Source: Eledone cirrhosa
Taxonomy: Eukaryota
Direction: 5' to 3'
Assembly (NCBI GenBank): GCA_964016885.1
Contig: OZ024741.1
Coordinates: 268,646,001 to 268,710,000 of the forward strand
DNA length: 64,000 nucleotides
Positions 13,601-25,920 of the stretch are shown here, one piece after another. Each line of letters begins with the position of its first letter. Within the stretch, counting starts at the first letter, position 1. A program made the translations under genes and the position numbers. The notes beneath the pieces are model-generated. The model worked only from the letters and a program-made list of their open reading frames with translations. It was not told the origin of the DNA and ran no database searches.

Positions 13601-13971
13601 TCATAGCCGTCACAATGTTGTCCAACGTGACCATTTAGGTCGCCTGCAATAATTATATAGTCACTGTCAGATATTTGGGAGGTAGTTAGCAACAGTGTCT
13701 CATAGAATCTGTCTTTTATAGTGCCGGGCAGTCCGGATTGGGGTGCGTACGCAGATATTACTGTCACCGTAGTTCTATTGAGGACAAGTCTTATTTTAAT
13801 TATTCTGTCGTTCACTCTATTTACGTCTATTATCTTATCTGCCCACTTTTCTGCTACCATGATTCCTACTCCACCCAGCCCATCGTCGTTTCCCACCCAG
13901 AAAAGCTTATAACATCGTTTTTTACCCTCAATGAATCTAGCAGACCCACCCCTCCACCTGGTCTCTTGAAT

Positions 13972-13978
<7 letters not shown>
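10657..13978 (-). mobile_element. RTE LINE family A, near full length
   Basis: (GAT)n tail at 10657-10683, ~330-bp 3'UTR and an uninterrupted ORF; the 5' end is joined to (TA)n. Confidence 0.97.
11017..13978 (-). CDS. RTE ORF: APE endonuclease + reverse transcriptase with embedded PHD-type finger (N-terminus missing)
   Basis: CCIQETRW, SAYAPQ, AGDLNGHVG, SQVDY, SQH; FVDLEKAFD, QGSVLSP, YADD, YLG; CxxC-x10-CxxC-x4-HxxC-x14-CxxC. The first ~29 residues of the track ORF come from microsatellite or flank. Confidence 0.93.
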
Positions 13979-14013
<35 letters not shown>

Positions 14014-14065
14014 ATATACGGCCATCCGAAAGTGTGTAAATATGTATATACACATGTACCGCACG

Positions 14066-14378
14066 GTTAAACCGCTGGGAGTGAAGGACCCCTAGCCTTT
14101 GTCAGGGCATTCTTCTAGGAGAAGGCAACTCAGGAAACTGGGAGGACACCGATATAAAACCTGCGGCTCAGTAGTTACTGATGATGTTGATCTTTTCTTC
14201 TTTTCGGGTTATAGCTACTGTCGCTCAGAGAGTGGGATTGGCTCAGTGCACAGTCTTTCCTCACTTTAAAAAATATCTTCACGCACAGGCATTGCACGAT
14301 AGAATTAATTAATAATTATTAATAATGGTATAACGTGCAATGGCCATACTCGATAATGAGGAGGCAGCCATCATCATC
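14066..14378 (+). mobile_element. Non-coding retroposon copy (same family as 55735 and 46625)
   Basis: Shares gacccctagcctttgtc...tctagga...gatataaaacctgc...agagagtggga...gcacaggcattgc and the 3' end tggccRtactcga...ggcagcca. Confidence 0.75.
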
Positions 14379-14535
14379 ATATATATGTATGTATGTATGT
14401 ATATATATATACATCTATATATACACGTGTATATATTATATATATATGTATGTATGTATATATTATATATATATGTATGTATGTATATATTATATATATA
14501 TATGTATGTATATATGTATGTATGTACATATATGC

Positions 14536-14567
<32 letters not shown>

Positions 14568-14586
14568 ATATATATATATATGTATG

Positions 14587-14619
<33 letters not shown>

Positions 14620-14832
14620 ATATATATATATATATATGTATGTATATAAATATATATACATATATATTCAAAGGTGTATATATTATCTATATATATATAT
14701 ATGTGTGTTTATCTATTTATTAATTTGAAGAACGTCATTGTTCTGTGTGTCAATTATCATTGGTTCATAGGTTTCAAACGACTCCGCCCACCTCAACGAC
14801 GCCAAACTGAAATTAATATGCATAATGCATAA

Positions 14833-15177
14833 TGGAGGCACATGGCTTAGTGGTTAGAGCATTGGCCTTGCAATCGAAAGGTTGTGAGTTCAATTCTCAG
14901 ACCGGGTGATGTGTTGTTCCCTTGAGCAAGACACTTTATTTCACATTGCTCCAGTTTACTCAGCTGTAGAAATGAGATGATAGGGACTGGGGTCCATATC
15001 ATTCCACTGCAAAGTGGTCGTGGAGGCGCCACGGCTAAAAAGCACTCAGCACTCACTGTAAATGAGGTTGGTGTTAGGAAGGGCATTCAGCTGTAGAAAT
15101 CAAGCCAGAATCAGTTCCCGTCCCACCCTTGCAAGCAGGGAAAAGAGGACGTAAAATGAAATGATGAAATGATGATA
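14833..15177 (+). mobile_element. tRNA-derived SINE with CORE-like centre and RTE-B 3' end
   Basis: A box tggcttagtgg, B box gagttcaattc, ccttgagcaagacactt...ctcagctgtagaaatg; tail cccgtcccacccttgcaagcagggaaaagaggacgtaaaatga. Confidence 0.88.
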
Positions 15178-15191
15178 TTGCCAATGAGGGA

Positions 15192-18100
15192 GTGAGAGGG
15201 GAGAGTGTGAACGCTGAACAGCGCCAGCGCAATACAGAAGTTCAGAGAATGTGTCGCCAAAGTGCTCCTCATTCCAGTAAAGAGGCTAGAAAGCAAACGA
15301 ATGATATTAAAAATGGATCATGCCAACCGTGTCATTTTCCGATTGGTGGACGAGCAGAGTGTCCACATTGTGGAGCATTGCTTTGGAGGCACGAAAAGAC
15401 GTGGACCACAATGTGCTGTTCAACTAGAACCCTTGTGAATGCCGGATGATGAGGAGTCACCGGAGTTTAAAATACTAAGTATGTGGGGTGATCAAGGAGA
15501 CCGAGGTAGATTACTGCGCAAATATTCGCGGCAAATTAACAATTCATTAGCTTTAGCATCGCAGAGAGTTAGTGAGATGTTTGAGAGTGGAGCATGGCAA
15601 CCAAATGTAGTCATTCAAGGCCGTTTGTATCATTGTATTGGTAATTTAGAAGTTACCCCAGGAGAGAGGCCTCGATTCGCTCAAATTTACGTTAACAATC
15701 CAGATTATAGTGAATCGGAGGAGGATATCAGGATCGGTTGGATGAAGTTGCCGGGAAATATAACTGAACTTGAACGGCAAAGGTTAAGTGATTTGATCCG
15801 TGATTTGCAATCATGGCTTAGACAGTGTAATCCTTATGTTATGGATTTCATGTTGGCTGAACTGCAAAATGTTCAGCAGCAAACATTGGTGATTAAGGCT
15901 GACGCAGTGCCAAGGAATCAACAGGAACGGCGATATAGTGCCCCTGAAGGATTTCATGAAGTTGCTGTGTTGATGGACGATAAGCCTGGATCGAGAGATA
16001 TCGTCCTCAATCGCAGAGATGGTGGTCTCAAGCCTATCAATGAGTCAAATAGGGCATACGATCCATTGCATTATGTTCTTTTATTCCCAAAAGGTGAAAA
16101 TGGATGGAACATGTCTGTTCATTTAGATGATCATGAGAATCAGCATCAACAGGGAGGTGGCAATAGACACAATAATTCGATTCGCAACTTTTACGCGTTC
16201 CATTTGAACGAGAGGAATCAACAGAGAAATGCACTATTTCAAGCCAGCAGATTGTTCCAGGAATACTGTTGTATGGCATTCGCAAAGATTGAAAATCAAA
16301 GGCTAAATTATATAGCTACACATCAGCAACATATCAGAGCTGAATTGTATAATAATATACAGGATGCGATAACAGCCGATGATGCCAATTACAAGCAAAT
16401 TGGTCGACGCATCATTTTGCCATCGTCGTTCATCGGCGGCCTGAGATATATGAACATTAGCTATCAGGATGCAATGTCTATTGTCAGAAAGTTTGGAAAG
16501 CCAGATTTGTTTATAACGGTTACATGCAATCCTGAATGGACTGATATTAAGGATGCACTTTTGCCAGGACAACAGCCAAAGGACCGTCCTGATATTGTGG
16601 CAAGAGTATTCAAAGGATATCTGAAAAAGATAATGGATGATGTGGAAAAAGAGGGAATCTTTGGAGGTATAGTTGCTTTTACATACGTAATTGAATTCCC
16701 CAAAAGAGGATTGCCATATGCACATTTGCTGATCATTTTACATAGAGATTGCAAATTGAGATGTGCTGAGGATGTTGACAGCATTGTGTGTGCTGAACTG
16801 CCGGAGAATGAGGCACTATGCAACTTGGTCGCAAAGTCAATGGTGCACAACCAATGTGGAGTGGCAAATCGGAAAGCGCCTTGCATGAAAAATGGCCAAT
16901 GCAGTAAGCATTTTCCGAAATCTTTTGTCACAAACACTTCCTGGAACGATGGGGATGCTCATCCCCATACAGAAGACGGTCGCCTGCAGATGGCGGTTTG
17001 GTCGAAAATGTAAACGGTCGACAGGTTACAAATCAATGGGTTTGTCATACAATCCATATGTGATTATGAAATATCATTGTCATATTAATGTGGAAATTTG
17101 TAGCTCAGTGAAAGCTTGCAAATATCTATTCAAATATGTTTACAAAGGTCATGATCGGGCAATGGTCAATGTCAGGAATGAGGAAGCGAACCAAGGAGAT
17201 GAAGTTGGCAGGTTCCAGGATGTTTGCTCGATTGGATCTAGCGAAGCTTGCTGGAGATTGTTCGATTTTGATCTCAATGAACGCAAACCCAGCGTTCAGA
17301 AACTGACGGTTCACTTAGAGAATAGGCAAATGCTCTGTTTTCAGGACACTAGAAGAGGTGTCGAAAGAATTGCTAATGCACCACCTCCTAAGACGGAATT
17401 GACTGAGTGGTTCAAGCATAATAGGGAACATGCTTTGAACCCGGATCAAAGGCAGCTCTACTGCGATTTCCCTTCGCACTATACATGGGATAAGAAGGGA
17501 AAGAAATGGAATGATAGAAAACAAAAGTTGAGATTCATGACTATTGGATGGGTTTCTAATGTCCATCCAGCATCTGGTGATGTGTTTTATCTCCGAATTC
17601 TGTTGCATAGTGATTTTTCGAGAGGTAAACAGAGCTTCGCTGATTTGAAAACAATCAATGGTGTGGAATATGAAACATACCAGGCTGTGTGTCAGCATCT
17701 GGGACTCCTTCCGGATGACGCTGAATGGAATAACGCCATGGAAGCTGCAGGAACAACACAGATGCCAGCTCAAATAAGGCAGTTGTTTGTCACGATTCTA
17801 AGATTTTGCAATCCTGCCGATCCAAGAGAGTTATTTGAACGCCAATGGGGAATTATGGCTGATGATTTTAGGCATCATCTTCAGGTCGATGATGCGCAAC
17901 TGCTTGAAGTTCATTTCAAATGTTTAACAGATTTCAATTTGCCAATTCCTGATGAAGAAATGTGGCAATGTGTCTTAGCATTGAACATGAGATTGCAGCT
18001 TAGACGGTTGCCACTCGATCGGAGGGAACTATTCCAGTTTGATCCACTGGAACAGCAACATATTGTGGATGAACGTATGCCAATGTTGACCCAATCTCAG

Positions 18101-19462
18101 AGAGAATTGGTCGATGGCGTTCTCCACTCGATTTCCACTAATGAGCAACTTTGTGCTTTCATAAATGCTCTAGGAGGCACCGGAAAGACATTCTGTTTCA
18201 ACACTATGTTATCGGCAGTCAGAGCTCAGAGGAAGATTGCTCTCCCTGTGGCCACCAGTGGGATCGCTGCCACTTTGCTGAGTGGTGGAAGGACCTTCCA
18301 CTCATGCTTCAAGGCTCCATTGGCTCCGGATGAGTTGAGCATCTGTAACATTACAGGACAAAGTGAACTCACGGGCCTTTTACGCAATATGTCTCTGATT
18401 ATTTGGGATGAGACTCCAATGGCACACAGATATTTGCTGGAGGCATTGGACAGAACTTTGAGAGATATCTGCGGTAGTGACCTGCCATTAGGTGGTAAGA
18501 CTATCGTTCTTGGTGGCGATTTCAGACAGGTGCTACTAATTGTTAGGAATGCTCAAAGAGCGCAAATTGTCGATGCATGTCTGAAAAAGTCCCCGTTGTG
18601 GCGCCATTTCAGAGTTTTGTGATTACACGATAATATGCGACTTCATATGTTCGGGCAAAACGAAGAGGCTGAGACATACAGCCGATGGTTGATGCAGTTG
18701 GGAAACGATGAATTGCCACACATTGGTGATAATCAGACTGTAAGAATCCCAGACCATTTGGTCATGCCACTGGACTGCCAAGCATTGATTGACTGGGTGT
18801 TCCCTAATTTGAATGCTTTTTGGCAGAATATCTCCTGGATATCGGAACACGTTATTTTAACTCATTCGAATGCAATGGCCGATGAAATAAATTCACAAGT
18901 AGCCGGAATGTTTCCTGGAGAGGAATGGTTGACCGTCAGTGCGGATGCAATGGAGCCTAATCAGCAGAACAATATGGATGTTCCGACTGAGTATCTGAAT
19001 TCACTTCAAATACCCGGATTCCTCCCACATACTTTGAGGTTGAAAAAGGGTATGCCGATTATATTGCTTAGAAATATCAATCATAAAATGGGTCTTTGCA
19101 ATGGTACCAGATTGATTGTTGGGAGATTGATTAACGGAAGAGTTTTAGAAGCTAAACTCCCAGGCAGAGAGGACTCGGTTCTCATTCCGAGGATCATGCT
19201 GAGACCAAGTGAAGATCTGCTGCCATTTATTTGGCAAAGGGGACAGTTTCCCGTCAATTTGGCCTTCTCCATGACTGTTAACAAGGCACAGGGACAGACT
19301 TTTAAGCGAGTCAGTGTCTACTTGAATGATCCAGCATTCAGCCATGGGCAACTGTATGTTGCTGCATCTCGAGTGTGCGATCCTGGTGGTGTAAAATTTG
19401 CAATTGATACCACTAACAGAGGAACAACCCTGAATATTGTCTATAATGAAGCTTTGAGCTGA
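15192..19462 (+). pseudogene. Helitron Rep/PIF1 helicase, disrupted
   Basis: CPHCGA...MCC zinc motif; PDLFITVTCNP, EFPKRGLPYAH, KYLFKYVYKG; GGTGKT, IWDE, GGDFRQ, TVNKAQGQT, FSHGQLYVAASRV. Frameshifts near 15440 and 17000 and an in-frame stop at 18620. Confidence 0.93.
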
Positions 19463-19491
19463 TGTATGCATATCTTTAATGCTATCAATAA

Positions 19492-19828
19492 GCGACGTAA
19501 ATGATTCGGACATTGGTGTCCTTTGATCAGTATTGTGAGCTTTGACAGAGTTATCATTTATGTTCAATGTCATTTAATGTCGTTATGAGCAATAAAAACA
19601 AACAAGTATTGGTAAGAATTGCTTTCACTGCTATGTTGCGCAATAAATACTAACAAGTATTGGTAGAAATTGCCTTCACTGCTATGAATATTCGACGTAA
19701 ATGATTCAGACATTGGTGTCCTTTGATCAGTATTGTGAGCTTTGACAGAGTTATCATTTCTGTTCAATGTCATTTATTGTCAATAATGAGCAATAAAAAC
19801 CAACAAGTATTGGTAGAAATTGCCTTCA
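19492..19828. repeat. Tandem duplication (period ~200 bp) in the Helitron 3' region
   Basis: cgacgtaaatgattc...aacaagtattggta occurs at ~19493 and ~19693, with a nested ~52-bp subrepeat. Confidence 0.9.
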
Positions 19829-20216
19829 AATTTATCGCTTCTGATTGCGGTGGTAATAAAACCTCATCATATGCTGAGTCTGGCAAAAGGTTTGGTGCCT
19901 ATGGCCGACCAGCGCTAGTGTAATATTGAAAAACGATTCTATTTTCGAAGTAGAAGGATCCGCCATTTGGAGTTCAAACCAGGCCACCTCTCCGAGTTGA
20001 ACTCTGGGCAATATTGACTGTCTATTACTCAGTGGCTAAGAGCCTGGAAATTACTGAATAAATTTTTGTGTCATATAATTTGTTGTTTTATTATTATAGC
20101 TGACCACTTATAGATAAGCATGTTATCCATATCCATATTAATTTGGCATTTGTATAAACCATTTCAAGTCAATAGGGACCTTTTTTTAAATTGACGGACA
20201 TCTTTTATATTAATTA

Positions 20217-20558
20217 TCTATATCTATATCTACATATAATATAAAAGATTGGAACTTCCATCATCCTTTTGAGAAACGTGGAACAACCACGTCTATGCAA
20301 TGATACACGTTTTACAGTCAGGCAGAAGATGAACCATCTCCTAGAGATCACTATTCTAGGTGGGAGCACCTAGAATTGTTCATATACTATGCACATCTGG
20401 TATATCTGGAAGATTTGTTTTACTATTTTTGGTATCACACAGACACCACGGACTTGCCTCATACTGTAACCAGACAAACATCCAATACAGTCATTTTCTC
20501 TTTTACCTGTCTTCTCTTATCATCTGTTTACTCGGGCGAAGCTGGGTACGTCAGCTAG
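20217..20558 (+). mobile_element. Complete non-autonomous Helitron (342 bp)
   Basis: A|TCTATATCTATATC start; hairpin ctcgggcgaagctggg; CTAG|T end; no target-site duplication. Confidence 0.8.
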
Positions 20559-20639
20559 TATATATATATATATATATACATACACACGTGTATATATTAT
20601 ATATGTGTCTATATATATTTATATATGTATATATACATG

Positions 20640-20673
<34 letters not shown>

Positions 20674-21014
20674 TGTATGTGTATATATATATATGTATGT
20701 GTATATATATGTATGTATATATATATATATGTATGTGTGTGTATATATATATATACACATATATATTCACACGTGTATATATTATATATATATATATATG
20801 TGTGTGTATATATGTATATATATATACACACGTATATATATTATATACACGTGTATATATTATATATGCGTGTATATATATTATATGTATATATTATATA
20901 TATGTGTGTATATATATGTATATATTATATATATATGTGTATATATATATATGTATATATACACACACACGTTTATATATATATACACGTATATATATTA
21001 TATATATATATATA
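20559..21014. repeat. (TA)n-derived microsatellite
   Basis: Interrupted TA run. Confidence 0.97.
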
Positions 21015-21239
21015 GATGTGTCTGTGTGTGTGCATATATATTAATGCTGTGTATGATTGATTGGAAAGTGAAAGGTTTGACATTTGTATATTTACAGAAG
21101 CAATTAGACACAATGAAGAATGTAATAACCGTTGCCTTAGTTGTCTTCCAGAAAATTCCTCTCATAATAGAAAGTACTCCCATCATCATCACTCCCATCA
21201 TTATCATCATCAAATCTGTTTTTCAATGTGTGTGTGTGG

Positions 21240-21510
21240 GGGTTGGATTGGTTCTCTCTTTCATAGCATGCCTCCACTTGTCTATTTCTTTTGTTATCTC
21301 CTTTATGAGATTTAGCATCTTGAGATAAGCTTTCACCTCTTCTGCCCAAGTCTTCCTTGGCCTTCCTATTCCGAGGCTCCCTTCTGCTTGGAGCACCTGG
21401 TATTTAGTCACTGAACGATCATCATTCTTGCGCATTACATGCGTACCAACATAATCTTTCCTCCTGTACACAACACCTAATTCCTCTTATATCCGTTTTC
21501 TCACTCAACT
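21240..21510 (-). mobile_element. Old RTE LINE 3' fragment
   Basis: Translates HVMRKNDDRSVTK...GRPRKTWAEEVK...KWRHA. Confidence 0.85.
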
Positions 21511-22307
21511 CACCTGTAATATCTCTGTATACTTTATTTACTATTATTTTCAGGAGATTTGAATTTAGTAAAGATTTCCTTGTAATTTTTTTTTTAACCT
21601 CTTCACAAGTAAGAAATATTGAGTTATTTATGCTTTTCCAGGAAGGAGTTTTTTTTTTATCTTTTAATAATAGCTAAGATTGGTTTTGATATTTTTATAT
21701 TGATGAGGTTAGTATGTCGATTCTATTCAATTTATAATTAATTAGACTAATTACTAATGAGAATTTATGGTAATTAGTTATGTTTTATGGGGATGAGGTG
21801 TTTCTAATCTAATTACTAATTGAAATTATTGAAACTGAAGTTTATAGAGATTGGTGTAGTAAATTACTTGTATGTTATAAGGGAAGTAACTCAATGATTT
21901 CATAGTAAAAAGAAAATAAATCATAGTTAGAGCTCTTTTACCTTTTATAGAAACTGGCTTGATGTGCACAAAGAAAGATTTCTAACCACACTTATATATT
22001 CTAATATAGTTGTCTGCATTTGAAGTATATTTTTGTAATATTTCAGGTTTTATTTCTATTTGTTGTTAATAAAACCAGCTTCTGTATTTCTGTCACATTT
22101 ACAGTTCTCTCAGTTTACTTAGGAGGTGACCTCTTTTAGATTTTGGCTCCATAATTATATTTAGAATTAATTTTTATAGGTTTAACTCTTATATTGTCAG
22201 TCTGCTGATTTTTTTTTAATGAGTAGATGCTATAAATATGATGTATTATTTATTATTATTTTGTCAACACATTAGCCCTACTTCACTAATGTTGGAGCTG
22301 CAACTAT

Positions 22308-22359
22308 CTTCCCCTACCCTCAACTTGGTTGGTTTCAACTGTATATTCAGTTTCGTCAG
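22308..22359 (-). ncRNA. Hammerhead motif, intact core, 5' arm of stem I replaced by TA repeat
   Basis: CTGACGA-aactg(aatata)cagtt-GAAA-ccaaccaagttgaggg-TA-gggg. Confidence 0.65.
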
Positions 22360-22561
22360 TATATATGTATGCACACACACACACACACACGTATATATTT
22401 TTTAAAACCTCGTTTATCTTCTAAGGTATCAGGTTGTGTAGTAAAATTTGAATGACCATATTAATAAAAGTGAATTATTGTTTGCAAATAATAAGTCATC
22501 TTACTAACATAACTGGATTATCTTTTGAAATATTATAATAAAGACAATTTTAAATTGCCAG

Positions 22562-22638
22562 GAAAATATTGGAGTTTGTCATTTAGAAAATATTGGAGTT
22601 TGTCATTTAGAAAATATTGGAGTTTGTCATTTAGAAAA
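22562..22638. repeat. 24-bp tandem repeat, 3 copies
   Basis: gaaaatattggagtttgtcattta in three perfect copies. Confidence 0.95.
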
Positions 22639-25049
22639 AAAGACAAATTAGGAAAAAGACTCATTAAAAAGAAATTATGAATATTTGTTAAAAAAGATAA
22701 TGTAAATTTGTTTTAATATGATTAACTGTGTAATATATATAGTACATAGTAAATCAATATGATTAGTTATATATATGGTTTATAATGTCTTCAGGCTGAA
22801 GTGGAACAAACTCCACTGGTTGACTGAAATATTTTCACTTAGGTTTGTGTTTACAATGACACAGCAAGTCAGAGAGGTGAAGTTACATTTTATGTACAAA
22901 CATACATAAAGCAGTAGAAGACATAGTAGTAACAGAAGGTTAATTCATTTACATATCTTGTTATTGGAGAAATATTTGTTTCCTTGTTAATTAATGTTTA
23001 GTTAAATGTATTTCAAATGTTTTATCACAATTGGCAAAGATGAAATGATGAAAATTTCACATGTCTATAAATGATTGTCTATAAATAATCAAGACTTTAT
23101 TTAATATTACTATTTACTAATTGTAGTTACTGCTCTCTGTTATGTAATTGTTTCTTGCCTCTAAAATATTTCTTTAAACATCAGTTTGTTGTATATTATT
23201 ACTGTTTTAGTAACTAGCCCGTCTAAGACAAACTCTGATATCTCGAATAGAGAACTGGCCATTTTAAAATGTTCATATTTAAATTAAAATCTTCCATCAA
23301 GTTAGGTTTCAAATACCAGCTTAATAATGATAAAGTTTGGTATTTTATTAAATCCCTCTAAAGTCTGGACTATTTCCTATATTCAGTTTAAACACATAAA
23401 CTATGTTCCATTAGAAATATGGTTGCGTAAGGGTTAACAATTTTAGTATTATTTATACTTCAAATCTAACTTGAAATAAGGGGTGGAGAATAGAGGAAGT
23501 GTTATTTTGATAAGCAATTCTGCTGCCAGGATGTTATCACTAAGACAGGGAAGGCTTACTGGTATAGTGTATACTTTGTTCATTATAACTAAATACTTTT
23601 AGCCATTGAAATTTCGAGTATCCTTTAAAGTTGAGTGTAAAATTTGCAAACAGAAATTTTGAAATATATTTTGTTAAAGATAGTTTTATAGATAGTTCAA
23701 ACTGTGTTTTGCCACTGTCAGTAAGGCTTACTGCTGTAGACATTTCAGACTGCTACTTGCTGTTTGAAATATTACTCTCCACCACTACTGTGCATTTTAG
23801 TAATAGTGCACCAAGCTGTCATTGTCAAGCGCAGGTTTGCATGAGTTGTTATATAGGGAGATGGACTCTGCTGAGCTTTTGTGTGTATATGCATGTTTGC
23901 GTGAGTGTGTGCGCATGCGTATATAAGCTTATGTGTTTTCTACAAATTTATATAGACATGCATTTTCCATTTTCCATCTATATATAATAATAATAATAAT
24001 AATCATACGGTTCATGATGTTAATAATGATAATAGTAACAAAAACAACTTTGCACGGCTAGTCACATCTTTATTAAGATCAATGTGCAGAGTTTGTTTTA
24101 TTCCTCTTGGTTTTGCTAAAAAAACATCTTTCCTCTTCATATGATGTCACCGGATTGAATGGATGTTTGCGCCATCTGCAAGTTGCAAGCATTTCTAGGG
24201 TGAAGTAATCAGAAATATTTCTTAACCTTTATTTTGAAGCTGACCTTCACAGTTGTAGATCTCAATGTCTTATTTAATACTATTATTGTATATTTTACTC
24301 CTCATATTATTCAATGATGTTTCCACCCAATGTTTTTAAAGATTATTTTCATTTCTTTCCAATATGCATTCATTCACCCCGACCAACATTTTAAATACTT
24401 TTTGTTAGATTTAATATATATATATGTGTGCAGCTAGTTGTGTGTATTGTGTGTATGTAGGTGTCTGTGTGAAGAGTTCTCTCTCTCTCTTTATTTCTCT
24501 CTGTCTTTCTCTCTGACACTCACACATTCACATTAATGTAATCTTTATGTGTATGTAGAACAAGTGTAAGAGGGTGGGATCATTTTAATGATAATTTACA
24601 TAAAAAGTGTTTAAATTGTTAGGGAGTTGCGGTAAAGTTCTTTATCTTTAATATATTATTGGCAGAATATCTGTTGATTTTGGGTATCCTGAAGTTTGTA
24701 AAGCATTCTTTTGTAATATTATAGACTCATTTTCTTTTATTGCACATTCCATTTATATATAGAGACTGAACAGGTTTGCATTAAGCACATGGCATTCAGA
24801 CACTCACCGACTGTGATATTTACAATATTTTGGCAATTCAGTTTTCACCAACAACAGAATCATTCTTCAATAAATTTTTCAATTCACGTTGAATTTCCAA
24901 ATTATTATTCATTTTTTAATGTTCTAAAATTCTATATCAGTACAGACACACACACATGCGCGCATGCACAAAAGCGCATGCGTGCACACACATGCACGCA
25001 CACACGACATTAAACAACAGCTACTAATTTACACGCACACACACCACGC

Positions 25050-25245
25050 ATCATCATCATTATTCAACGTCCATTTTTCCACGTTAGCATGGGTTAGACG
25101 ACTTGTCCCGTTGTAAGACAAGTCAGATTGGATGACCATGTCTTGCTCAAACAGAATTGTTTCTGGCTTGGTTTCTCGGACTGGATGTCCCTCCTAACAC
25201 CAACCACATTTACAGAGTGAACTGGGTGCTTTTTGTTGTGACACA
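25050..25245 (-). mobile_element. SINE/LINE 3' module fragment
   Basis: catcatcat...aacgtccatttttccacgttagcatggg...ggatgtccctcctaacaccaacc. Confidence 0.85.
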
Positions 25246-25410
25246 AACCCGCCCGTCCCCTCAATCTATCTTATTTCTCATTCTTTCTTCTGATAAAGAA
25301 CTAGCGTCCGAAACGTTAAGACCCTCTTCCTGCTATATCAAGCGTTAACCTTCCATATATCCCTTCCATATACTGTACCGATTGTGTCGTTATTTCTGTT
25401 TACCTTTTAC
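25246..25410 (+). mobile_element. Hammerhead-bearing unit, core mutated (CTGATAA)
   Basis: Homologue of 10122-10260; motif 25286-25321 reads tctt-CTGATAA-...-GAAA-cg-TT-aaga. Confidence 0.7.
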
Positions 25411-25463
<53 letters not shown>

Positions 25464-25464
<1 letters not shown>

Positions 25465-25706
25465 GACACAGAGGAGACTGAGGTTAGCTGGACATGCTCA
25501 CTGATATCCAGAGTTGACACTGCACTCAGTGCTCCTGTGGGAGCCCCTGCATGGACACACTGGAAGAGGAAGATCAAGGTTAACGTATGTTGATGCCCTA
25601 AGGACAGACACTGGTTGGTTGGAGATGCAGGACATGGCAGCGATAATGAGGGACAGAGACCGCTGGAGAGAACTCGTCCATGGATCTCGGGAAGTTTACT
25701 CGCCCT

Positions 25707-25708
<2 letters not shown>
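25464..25708 (+). mobile_element. RTE LINE family D, 3' end
   Basis: RRLRLAGH...[22 protein letters not shown]...DRDRWR; flanked by (TA)n on both sides. Confidence 0.85.
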
Positions 25709-25746
<38 letters not shown>

Positions 25747-25920
25747 ATGTGTGTATATATATGTATTATATATATGTATATGTATATATGTATGTGTATA
25801 TATGAATATATGTATACATATATATATGTATATGTATGTATATATATGTATATGCATACATATACATATACATACATATATATACATATATATATATATT
25901 TGTACATATATACATATATA

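Larger units (their letters stand above)
15178..19918 (+). mobile_element. Helitron (RepHel), 5'-truncated
   Basis: Rep and PIF1 helicase ORFs; terminal hairpin tggtgcc-tat-ggccgacca (19893-19911), CTAG at 19915-19918, then T. Confidence 0.93.

Noticed and set aside
13979-14064. N-terminus and start codon of the 1015-aa ORF
   Set aside because: It comes from microsatellite and flank; the true endonuclease start is missing.
14833-14905. tRNA gene (also 35795, 51312, 52021)
   Set aside because: The A/B boxes run on into SINE bodies and there is no clean cloverleaf.
15439-19462. Host PIF1 helicase gene
   Set aside because: It is fused to a Rep domain, intronless, disrupted and followed by a Helitron terminus.
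24070-24196. Possible minus-strand terminal host exon (acceptor AG, ~37 codons, TGA, AATAAA)
   Set aside because: There is no recognisable homology or partner exon; it cannot be supported without RNA-seq.
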